The notes beneath the pieces were generated by a model. It had not been told where the DNA came from, did not search any database, and was given only the letters and a program-made list of their open reading frames with translations. From Candidatus Bathyarchaeota archaeon (GTDB lineage: Archaea; Thermoproteota; Bathyarchaeia; Bathyarchaeales; Bathycorpusculaceae): a stretch of DNA of 64,000 nucleotides. Position numbers and translations under genes: made by a program. Shown here one piece after another: positions 30,305 to 39,374 of the stretch. The stretch covers positions 32,001-96,000 of the forward strand of contig CAVRFW010000009.1 of assembly GCA_963720565.1 (NCBI GenBank). The letters are read 5' to 3'. Each line of letters begins with the position of its first letter. The stretch's first letter is position 1.

Positions 30305-31328
30305 TTATGTTGACTGTGTTTTTTGTCTTTCTTTTTGTTTTTTGAGGGTTACTATGATAGTGGCAGCGACAACTGGTACTCCTAGTGCGACTGCAGCGTA
30401 GACAGCTTCCGGAAGTATGGTATTTGTTTGTGTTCCCGTGGGTTCAGGTGTTGGAGTAGATTCAGTGTTTGACGTGGGTGCGTTTGTTGGTGTAGACATC
30501 GGGGAGACCGTAGAGGCGGGCGTTAGGGTAGGTATGGGAGTAGGTTTAGTAGAAGGAGTTGGAGAGGGCGTTTGAAGCTCTTGGTTCTGCGCGTAGAGGT
30601 TTAGTGCGTAGGCGGAACCGTAGAGTGTTCCGTTTCCGTAGACAAGTATTCTCTTATTCACCAGTGCTTCTTTCACGGCTGCTTCAGTCCGATTTTCAGC
30701 TAGTAGGTATGTCCAGTAGTTTGATATCCCTTGCAACCAGGTTTCATTGTGGAAGTCATGGCCTAACATGTAAATGTAGCCTGACTCCAAGGTCCATGCC
30801 ATAGATTGATCTATTTCCCATCCATCTATGTAGCTTTCATCCTTGTAGTTTTGCCAGTTATTCCATGAAAACCAAGCATGAGCAACTATGCCAATGCCGT
30901 TTTGCGCATGAATTGAATCAAAGATAACCGGGATTTCTACATCAGAGTCTTCAGCAAAACCGACGGACTGGTTGGTGAAAAGAGCTATGACGTGTTTGTA
31001 AGACCCGTCTGGCCATGAGCAGGTCACTTCTTCTCCGCAAACCACAGTCAACCCAACTTTCTCGCCTTCAGAGGCGGCTTCTGCATAACCTGCAACCGTG
31101 GAGTGATCAGTTACGGCTAAAACATCGTAACCCGCGTCTTTGTAAATGTTCACCAATTGCGCCGGAGTGTAAGTTCCGTCGCTGTAGGTGGTGTGAGCGT
31201 GAAGGTTCACTTTCAAAACTTGATAAACATCCGTTTGATTTGCGACGTTCTGGGCTGTGACTGCAAAACAGACTGAGAAGAATGAGAGCGTCAAAAGAAC
31301 AACCAGAACAACTCGTGTTCTTTTTCAT
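30305..31328 (-). CDS. Secreted PHP-family metallophosphoesterase with PT linker and C-terminal anchor; indel in signal peptide
   Basis: NLHAHTTYSDG, AVTDH, GEE, VAH, GHDFH. Removing one A after ATG 31328 gives the signal peptide MKRTRVVLVVLLTLSF. Confidence 0.85.
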
Positions 31329-31509
31329 CCAACCACAGCCTGACCGTACTGCGCCATGAAATTATTCATCTGACTTTGATGTCAGCCTTCTATGTTGCAG
31401 AAATAGCTCTTAATGCTTATGGAACTGTCTTCTATCGCGCAACCTGAAGACTGCTCTGCGTAAGCAAAAACTAAAAGGAAACTGAGACAACAATTATTGT
31501 TGAGTAACA

Positions 31510-31866
31510 TTGACTACTACGGAGATTGGTTGCTGTGGTGCATACTGCAAAACTTGTATTGACCAGCAGAAGCGGAAATATCCCAACGAAAGAACCTGTC
31601 GCGGTTGCAAGTTGGGATATGATTCCGGAGAGAGGGATCTAAGCAAGGTCAAATGCGGGATCAAAATCTGCTGTTTCAAGGAAAGACGGTTGGAAACTTG
31701 CGCCGATTGTCAAGTTTATCCATGCATGATTCTGACCGAGTTTTGGAGCAAAAAAGGATGGAAATACAAACAGTACAAGAAGCAACTCGAATTCATCAGA
31801 AAGAATGGCTATGAGACATTTCTGAAGAGAGCAAATGAATGGAAAGGTCCATATGGAAATATCTGA
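31510..31866 (+). CDS. DUF3795 family Cys-rich protein
   Basis: GCCGAYCKTC..CRGC..CGIKICC..TCADC..YPC. Confidence 0.85.
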   Translation: MTTTEIGCCGAYCKTCIDQQKRKYPNERTCRGCKLGYDSGERDLSKVKCGIKICCFKERRLETCADCQVYPCMILTEFWSKKGWKYKQYKKQLEFIRKNGYETFLKRANEWKGPYGNI

Positions 31867-31975
31867 ATCGGATAGTTTGCGCATCTTTTCAAGACCATTC
31901 ACACTGGGAACTGGGAATCCAAAGAGACTTCACTGTAATATTGCACGTTACTGTACATTCTGTTAGGGCGGAGTC

Positions 31976-32945
31976 ATGTTGAAGGATATTGTCAAATGGC
32001 TTTTGGAAGGAGAACCCTGGGTTGAGTATAGAACTCGTGTAGATTTGCTGAAGCAGTCGGAGAGCGAACCCGAAGTAGTGAGTGCAAGGAAAGAAATGAT
32101 TAGCCGCCCGAAAATTCAGTTACTGTTGGAAGAACTGACCAACTGGCCAGGAACAGTCTTAAGCAGCCACAAAAGTGCAAGTCAGCCCTTCCACAAACTG
32201 TCCTTTATTGCAGATTTGGGACTTAAAAAAGGCGATACCCACGTTAATGAGATTGTTGAGAAGATATTCGAACACAAATCTGATGAAGGACCTTTTCAGC
32301 TTCCAACGATTATTCCTAAACATTTCGGAGGCTCAGGCAATACCGAATGGGCATGGGCTTTGTGCGATGCTCCAATAATTATTTACTCCTTAGCAAAGCT
32401 TGGGTTCACAAAGGATGAAAAAATCCAGAAAGCAGTCAAAATACTTGGTCAGTGCAGTTCGCGAGAACGGCTGGCCTTGCGCTGTCTCAAAGGAACTAGG
32501 CAAGTTCAGGGGACCAGGAAGAAGGGATGATCCGTGCCCTTACGCAACCCTCATAATGCTAAAAATGCTACTTCAATTTGAGGAATGGAAAGGGAGTAAG
32601 GAAGCTCGTGCGGGAACAGAGTGCCTTCTAGATTTGTGGACCGAAAGTAGAAAACTGCATCCTTATTTGTTCTATATGGGAACAGATTTTAGAAAACTGA
32701 AGGCGCCATTCATCTGGTACGACATACTGCATGTTTTGGATACCCTGTCCCAGTTTGACTGGTTGAAAAAAGATTCGAGAACACAAGAGATGGCGGAGAT
32801 AGTAATGCAGAAGGCTGGACCTGAAGGGAGATACACACCTGAATCAGAATGGAAAGCGTGGAGAGGCTGGGATTTCGGACAAAAAAAGGAACCTTCCAGA
32901 TGGCTAACATTCCTGGTTCTAAGAATTATTGAGAGAATTAGGTAG
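31976..32945 (+). CDS. Conserved hypothetical protein, alpha/alpha-toroid (prenyltransferase-like); frameshift near 32440
   Basis: WLLEGEPWVEYRT..L; second part GWPC..GPGRRDDPCP..FYMGTDFRKLKAPFIWYD..PSRWLT. Confidence 0.7.
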
Positions 32946-33055
32946 GACCAAATTGGACAGGTTGCTCAACTTAACGCGCATTAATTGAGTAGAAAAATTT
33001 TTAAAGTAACTTGAATAAACAAGCAAACGTCAAATCAAAAGGAGAAAGGTTTGAA

Positions 33056-33832
33056 ATGAAAACTACTTACTTAGTCGCTTTTTGCATGCTCATGCTTTGC
33101 AGTCCAATCATAGTAGGAATCGCCAAAGCGGGCAACGCAGCTTATCCGCTGACGGAATATCAATGGGCAGCTGGAGCTACCATTGATGGAAAATGGACCA
33201 CTGCCGACGAATGGACAGATGGCCCAGAAATGACAATGTCTAACAATGCGAAATTCACGTATAATATGGACTTTACTACATTTACTATACAGTGGCTTGT
33301 CGAATTTTTCGCTGACAGCACAACGGATACAGGAGATTACTGGCAAATTTGCCTTGACCCAGACAACGGCGGGGGTACCGCTCCTCAGACAGACGATTTT
33401 AAGATAGAAATTCAAGGACACACTACTCTAAAACTCTACAAAGGAACTGGCACAGGCTGGACCGAAATTTCCCCCGAAGCAGGCGAACTAACATGGGCTA
33501 ACACGATAGATGTATCTCCTTGGAATAGCACTGCCCACTGGATTCTCGAATTCTCTGACCCCGACAAAACTACCGGTACCGTACAAACCCCTCAACCGCC
33601 AAACGGTATGAGGGTTGCAGCTTACGATGCAGCCACCGGCACACTTGCATCTTGGGCACCAAACAGTAACGCTGACGTTCCAAACGAGTATGGAGTAATC
33701 GCAGGCTATTCACAAACACCAATACCTGAAGGCTTTGGCATAGGAGTTGTAGCGCTGCTTTCCTCTGTTGCGGTTGTAGCTAGCTTCTTCTTGCTGCGAA
33801 AGCGTCCCAACCCACAGTTACAGCTCAGCTAA
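33056..33832 (+). CDS. Secreted acidic beta-rich surface protein with PEF-like C-terminal sorting signal
   Basis: Signal peptide, TIDGKWT..EW (CBM9/DOMON-like start), ends IPEGF-TM-RKR. Confidence 0.8.
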   Translation: MKTTYLVAFCMLMLCSPIIVGIAKAGNAAYPLTEYQWAAGATIDGKWTTADEWTDGPEMTMSNNAKFTYNMDFTTFTIQWLVEFFADSTTDTGDYWQICLDPDNGGGTAPQTDDFKIEIQGHTTLKLYKGTGTGWTEISPEAGELTWANTIDVSPWNSTAHWILEFSDPDKTTGTVQTPQPPNGMRVAAYDAATGTLASWAPNSNADVPNEYGVIAGYSQTPIPEGFGIGVVALLSSVAVVASFFLLRKRPNPQLQLS

Positions 33833-34101
33833 GATGAGAGAAACAAAATTCGCACCCGACGCGCGGGGAACATAAACTCCAAATCCCCCTTCTTTTCCTC
33901 TATCACTTCTCTAGACTAAGAACCAGAAAAGCACGGAGACAAAGGTGGACAGAACGATTCTATAAGAAGCCTAAAGAAGACGTTTCATCGGCTTGAGGCG
34001 TCCATGGTATGTTTTATATATCTGGTCATTCGAACTTGAAACCCAAACCGCGAGGTTTGCTCCGGAACTGCGTAGCCAAGAAAGAAAGGTCAGGATGTAA
34101 C

Positions 34102-35148
34102 ATGAAAGACACGCATTGGGAAGATAAACGCGTAGTAGTTACAGGTGGCGCGAGCTTCATAGGCAGCCATCTGGTCGATAAACTCGTTGAAATGGGCGCA
34201 AACGTCACCGTTATTGATGATTTCAGCAGCGGTACACTCGAAAACCTTTCTAAATCGCGGCATAGAACAAAAATAATAACATTAGATTTGGAGTGGTGCG
34301 GTCTAGGCGCAGTCGTTGATGCCTTCAAAGACCACGAGATTGTTTTCCATCTCGCCGCAACCCATGGGGGCAGAGGCTACATAAATACGCATCCTGCAGA
34401 CGTGAGTTCCAACTTCGCCATAGATCATCACGTGTTCGAAGCCAGCTTGAAGACTAACGTTGAAAAAGTAGTTAGCGCAAGCAGTGCATGCGTTTATCCT
34501 CCCAAACTACAAGATATGACCGATTCAACCTATCTCCTCAGGGAAGAAGATAGCAACCCGTTCAAACTGAACGAACCGTTAAGCGCTGACTTGGAATACG
34601 GCTGGGCAAAATTAATCGGAGAAATCGAATTAATAGCCTTCATCAAACAATATGGACTAAAAGGTTGTAGCCTTAGATTCGTTACTGCGTACGGGCCGAG
34701 AGAAAACGAAACCCACGCTATAATAGCATTAATATACAAGGCGTTTGAAAAGATGGATCCCTACCAAATTTGGGGTTCTGGAGAACAAGATAGGGATTTC
34801 ACATACGTGTCTGACATTGTTGAAGGCACAGTGAGGGCAGCAGAGAAAGTCACCGATGGAACTCCGATAAACTTGGGAACAGGCGTCAGATACAAAGTTA
34901 AAGACGTGGCTGCGAGAATTTTTGATGCTATGGGCTGGAAACCTGACAGAATAGTTTTTGACACTTCCAAACCAGTGGGTGTCGCTACGAGAGCCCTGGA
35001 CATAAGTAGAGCTAAAAAACTTCTAGATTGGGAGCCTATAATAAGCTTGGAGGAAGGTTTGCGGAAAACAATTAACTGGTATGTGACCACGCATGCGCGG
35101 AAAGGGTTTGTTGACGAGAAAGTGCTCATGGAGCGCTCAGCCGGATGA
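34102..35148 (+). CDS. NAD-dependent nucleotide-sugar epimerase/dehydratase (GDP-mannose-3,5-epimerase-like)
   Basis: TGGASFIGSH, HLAATHGGRGYI, SSACVYP, YGWAK, RDFTYVSD. Confidence 0.9.
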   Translation: MKDTHWEDKRVVVTGGASFIGSHLVDKLVEMGANVTVIDDFSSGTLENLSKSRHRTKIITLDLEWCGLGAVVDAFKDHEIVFHLAATHGGRGYINTHPADVSSNFAIDHHVFEASLKTNVEKVVSASSACVYPPKLQDMTDSTYLLREEDSNPFKLNEPLSADLEYGWAKLIGEIELIAFIKQYGLKGCSLRFVTAYGPRENETHAIIALIYKAFEKMDPYQIWGSGEQDRDFTYVSDIVEGTVRAAEKVTDGTPINLGTGVRYKVKDVAARIFDAMGWKPDRIVFDTSKPVGVATRALDISRAKKLLDWEPIISLEEGLRKTINWYVTTHARKGFVDEKVLMERSAG

Positions 35149-35894
35149 CAGAGAAACTAGTGGACACTTTTACTTCAGAGGTTGGGCAAGCTGAAATTGC
35201 TGTACTCATGCCCATACATAATGAAGCTGAAACAATAGAAGAGTCTGTCACTGAGTTCTACGATGTCATAAGCCCCAAAATGCCGCTGGAACTTGTCTTA
35301 AGCGAAGACGGAAGCACGGACAATACAGAAAGAGTAATTGAAGAATTGAGCGGAAAGATACCGTTGAAAGCTGTCCTTTCAACTTCACGTAAGGGCTACG
35401 CAGGCGGGATAAAGGATGGTTTGAAACTTGTCAGAGCCGATTATGTGTTGATAACAGATTCTGACGGGCAGCATGACCCGAAAGATTTCTGGAAGCTCTG
35501 GAACTTACGCGAGAAATATGACGTTGTGAGCGGTTGGCGAATAGAGAGGGCTGACGCCTTTCACCGGAAGGTAATGTCTAAACTCTTCCAACTTGGGATA
35601 AAGAACACCTTTAACCTCCCGAATTTGATGGACACTACCGCTCCATTTAAGCTCATGAAAACAGAGATGGCTTCGGAAATAGCTGGAAAATGTAAGTATA
35701 TGAGCGAAAGCTTCTGGAACGAATTCTCAGTAAGGACACACTTCAGTGGTTACACTATAGGAGAGACACCGGTTACCCACCGTTATAGAGCAGATAAGAG
35801 TGCAACTCGAGTCTATAAACCATCTAAGATTCCAAAAATCGTTCTTGACCAACTGAGAGCCATGAACAAACTTAAACTAGAACTCAACGTCTAA
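35145..35894 (+). CDS. GT2 glycosyltransferase, polyprenol-phosphate sugar synthase-like
   Basis: MPIHNE, EDGSTD, TDSDGQHDP, VSGWR. Confidence 0.9.
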   Translation: MTEKLVDTFTSEVGQAEIAVLMPIHNEAETIEESVTEFYDVISPKMPLELVLSEDGSTDNTERVIEELSGKIPLKAVLSTSRKGYAGGIKDGLKLVRADYVLITDSDGQHDPKDFWKLWNLREKYDVVSGWRIERADAFHRKVMSKLFQLGIKNTFNLPNLMDTTAPFKLMKTEMASEIAGKCKYMSESFWNEFSVRTHFSGYTIGETPVTHRYRADKSATRVYKPSKIPKIVLDQLRAMNKLKLELNV

Positions 35895-35902
35895 AGGAGC
35901 AA

Positions 35903-36970
35903 TTGGGCTATATGACTGGGTTTGGACGCGCCAAGATCGTTATCCAACTTGTCATAGGCATCGCAATCCTATTGTGGCTGCTTCAACTTGCGAATTCAAG
36001 CGAAGTGCTAACGACAGTCCTACAGGTCAACCCTCTGAACCTGATAGGCGCAGTTGCATTCTTCGTTACAGCTTCAACCTTCGTGGCTCTCGCACTTTGC
36101 ACCACTCTTAGGAACTCTAATCCAACTGTGCCCCTTAGGAAAATCCTGATGGCCAGTTTTGCTGGGCAATTATTAAGCGATGTGACTCCGGTTAGATCAG
36201 GGTACTTCATGACGCCTGTTTTCCTTAAACAGTTAGCCAGCATACCAGTTGAACAAGGCATGACAGGAGTTCTTGCCACAGGAGGCGTCAACTCTCTTGT
36301 TAAAGTAGCGATGTGCCTTGTGGGTTTAGTGTATTTTTCAAGTTATTTATCCCTTCCAGCTGAAATCACAAACGCGTTAGTCGTCGGAGTTACGGTTCTG
36401 TTTGTTGCAGGTTTATTCTTGCTGCTGCTTATGTTGAATAGACGCCTGTCAAAGCTAGTTGTAAAGCTTGAAAAGACACCGCTGATCGGAAAGAGACTAA
36501 GCAAATTCATTGAAATGTTTAGCAATGTTCAACAGGAAGGACGAAAAATTCGGAAATCTTTGATATTCGTTGCCATTCTGGTATTATTATCTTTAGTTGC
36601 AAATGCCACAGCGTTATACTTGGTCTTTAACAGTGTTTGGTATCCTTCTCTAAAACTGCTTGACTTCTTTTTCCTAGCTTCTTTTGCATCTGTCTTAACC
36701 TACATTCCAATTACTATCGCGGGCTTAGGTGTGCAAGAGGCGGGCTATGTTCTTCTTCTTAATTTGTTGCTTGGGTTCCCTCTCTCTACTATTAACCCGA
36801 GGTTTGTTGCTTTTGCGTTGATAACAAGAGCGTTGTTCACGGGAACAGACATAATAGGCGTTGGCCCACTGCTATCGGCAGGATTCAAACCCAAAGGTAA
36901 AGACCCGTTCAAAGAGGCAAACTACACTCAAATTGCTACTTCAACTTTTTCTGGGTCCCAGCAGTTATAG
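35903..36970 (+). CDS. LPG_synthase_TM / flippase-like membrane protein
   Basis: DVTPVRSG and PITIAGLGVQEAG motifs; multi-TM. Confidence 0.82.
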   Translation: MGYMTGFGRAKIVIQLVIGIAILLWLLQLANSSEVLTTVLQVNPLNLIGAVAFFVTASTFVALALCTTLRNSNPTVPLRKILMASFAGQLLSDVTPVRSGYFMTPVFLKQLASIPVEQGMTGVLATGGVNSLVKVAMCLVGLVYFSSYLSLPAEITNALVVGVTVLFVAGLFLLLLMLNRRLSKLVVKLEKTPLIGKRLSKFIEMFSNVQQEGRKIRKSLIFVAILVLLSLVANATALYLVFNSVWYPSLKLLDFFFLASFASVLTYIPITIAGLGVQEAGYVLLLNLLLGFPLSTINPRFVAFALITRALFTGTDIIGVGPLLSAGFKPKGKDPFKEANYTQIATSTFSGSQQL

Positions 36971-39366
36971 AATCTTATGTCTATAGCTACATTGAAGCTT
37001 TCTTTGAACGTTTCTGTTCTATCAAAAATCAGGAATGTGAAATATCCTGCTCTGTTTATTTGCCATACAAATGATGGATCTTCAACATCTGAGATGTTCT
37101 CTGATGGAACAGACCATTGCATTACAAGTTTGGATTTGTCCATTAGACTTGTGTTTCCTGTTTCTGTAATTATTCCATTCCACAATTCCACGTCGAACAA
37201 ATGCTCAGAACTCCTGAATGTAGCTGTCATTAATCCTTCTCTGTAATCAGCTGGAACGGGGATGTGGAATTGGGCGCTTGGCGACCCAGTTACGTTTGTT
37301 ATCGTTAAATTAATTGTCACATGTTTTATCGGCGGTGCAAAGTCTTTCTCTGCGAAGGATGCATAAATTGTTTCTTCTTCGATGGGTCCAACATGGTAGA
37401 CTGCTGTCCCGTTTTGTCCAACATAAACAGGAGGAAGATATTCTGGATCGCCTAAATATCTCGTGAGAACGCTCCATTCATAGGCTAGGGGCATTCTTAT
37501 TTCTGAGGGAGTTGCCCAGGGGATGCTCAGAAAATATGACACGTTCCTTTCCCTAAGGAAGCTTATCCCTTCTTCAATGGTGTCCAATTTGTAGAGAGGA
37601 GCCGACTCGTTTCCATCAAGTTGCAAGACCTCGCGTTCAAGATAGTATTCTTTTATATCGTATGTGGCGATTCGGGCATCTTTCGGCGTGTTTTCATTAA
37701 TCCACTTCCATGCATCCCCCTCTTCAAACACTTGTATAAGGTAGCTCGACTTGTCGTTACCAAGAGTGGGTGTGGGTTTATACGAGTTTATACTTGGAAG
37801 AACTGGCACAGTCAAAATGAGAATTAGCCCTATCAGGATCATGGGAGTTACACTCTTAACTACATTACGAGTTGCGAGAAGCATTCTAGTGCATTCAGAT
37901 AGAATAATTGCCAGCGCTGGCATGGCAATAACTAGATAACGAATAAATGGGATATGCGTTGCCATGATGACAAGCCCGACGAGCAGCAAATAAGAAGGTA
38001 AAATTAGAAGGAACAGTTTTCGCTTGGTGAACATGAGATAAACGATTGCTGATAGCAGGATTACTGATCCTATCTTAGAAACTACGCTAAATAACCCAAA
38101 TAAAGGAACTTTTGTCCAATTCTGAAAATGTTGCATTGTGGAGTTCAGCAACATCGAGTCCAAGTATTTACCGATGCCGAAAAAGGGGTAAAGAGGATTT
38201 CCCAACAATACCAAGTTTCGCATAAACCATGGAAAAACTATGAGAACTGCCAAAATGGCTAGCCAAGTGAAACGCTTAACAGATATGTTTCTCTTCACTG
38301 CATAGAGAAGCAGAAGTCCGAAAGAGAATACGCCTATAAAACTTGTTAGCGCTGAAAAACAGCAGAACAATGTTCCCACAAGTTCGTATTTTTTTGCTTC
38401 AGCATCATTCGAATGATATGCTTTGAAGAAGAAGAACGCTGACAAAGTTAGCATTAGGGTTAAGCACATGAGGTAAGTTTCCTGAACAAAGACTTCCCAA
38501 AAGGTGGGCATGACGCTTAATATTAGCATGGCAAAAACGGAAGCTGTCCTGTTCTTGGTCATAATCATCGCAAATTTGTACGTAGCAATCATCGTTACCA
38601 AACCGAGCATTGGCTGGAGTATTCTGAAGTAGAAGTCATTGGAACTTCCGGCGAAGGTGTACAAGTAAACCGCAAGTAGTTGAACGCCTGGGGGATAACT
38701 TGCGCTCATTTCCAAACCAATTGATGGACCAGCAATAAGCGGTATGGTGCCCTTTTCGAATATGATTCTTGCATAATTCACTCCGTATGCTAGTGAATCC
38801 CACTCTATAGGGGGATATGCTACTGTCTGGTAAAGTGCAATGCAGATATACACTCCGATAACAATCAAAACTGTTACTTCTAAGATGTTGGATTTTGTTA
38901 TGTGCATCCTTTTCTTTTCTATGCTCAGCTTATAGCAGATACTCGGTTTCAATCCTCTGTAGAACGTGCCCAGCAATAAGGTAAGAAGAAGACTTACTTG
39001 GGTCAAGAGTACCGTCGGAAATGATATTTCCCATACAATTCCAATCAGAATCATCATCACATATGTCGTTCCAAACCCTAAGCCGACAGAAAGCAGCGCC
39101 CTCTCTGTAGCGTCCAATCCGTATCTAACCAGAGTTAATGACAGCAAGAAACCGTTGACTAATATGAAAATGAAACCTGTCCATCCAAAATCAAAGGGGA
39201 TTGTCTCAATAGGAGCTTGAAAAATATTTGGCATTGTGAAATCCGAAGTTGGATAGTTAAGAATACCGAGAATGCCTGATAATACTAAAACTATCATTAT
39301 CCAGATGATAAGCATAGCATCACGGTCACGCGTGTTGCTCGACCTCCATTCCATAGCTTTTTGCAT
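36928..39366 (-). CDS. GT-C fold membrane glycosyltransferase (ArnT/PMT-like) with extracellular C-terminal domain
   Basis: More than 10 TM helices, EWDSLAY loop motif, YPPG, WFMRN...GNPLYP, AWKWINEN. Confidence 0.8.
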   Translation of the reverse strand: MQKAMEWRSSNTRDRDAMLIIWIMIVLVLSGILGILNYPTSDFTMPNIFQAPIETIPFDFGWTGFIFILVNGFLLSLTLVRYGLDATERALLSVGLGFGTTYVMMILIGIVWEISFPTVLLTQVSLLLTLLLGTFYRGLKPSICYKLSIEKKRMHITKSNILEVTVLIVIGVYICIALYQTVAYPPIEWDSLAYGVNYARIIFEKGTIPLIAGPSIGLEMSASYPPGVQLLAVYLYTFAGSSNDFYFRILQPMLGLVTMIATYKFAMIMTKNRTASVFAMLILSVMPTFWEVFVQETYLMCLTLMLTLSAFFFFKAYHSNDAEAKKYELVGTLFCCFSALTSFIGVFSFGLLLLYAVKRNISVKRFTWLAILAVLIVFPWFMRNLVLLGNPLYPFFGIGKYLDSMLLNSTMQHFQNWTKVPLFGLFSVVSKIGSVILLSAIVYLMFTKRKLFLLILPSYLLLVGLVIMATHIPFIRYLVIAMPALAIILSECTRMLLATRNVVKSVTPMILIGLILILTVPVLPSINSYKPTPTLGNDKSSYLIQVFEEGDAWKWINENTPKDARIATYDIKEYYLEREVLQLDGNESAPLYKLDTIEEGISFLRERNVSYFLSIPWATPSEIRMPLAYEWSVLTRYLGDPEYLPPVYVGQNGTAVYHVGPIEEETIYASFAEKDFAPPIKHVTINLTITNVTGSPSAQFHIPVPADYREGLMTATFRSSEHLFDVELWNGIITETGNTSLMDKSKLVMQWSVPSENISDVEDPSFVWQINRAGYFTFLIFDRTETFKESFNVAIDIRFYNCWDPEKVEVAI

Positions 39367-39374
39367 AGTTCACC

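Noticed and set aside
30430..30575. Second GT-rich periodic stretch
   Set aside because: PT linker of the PHP protein.
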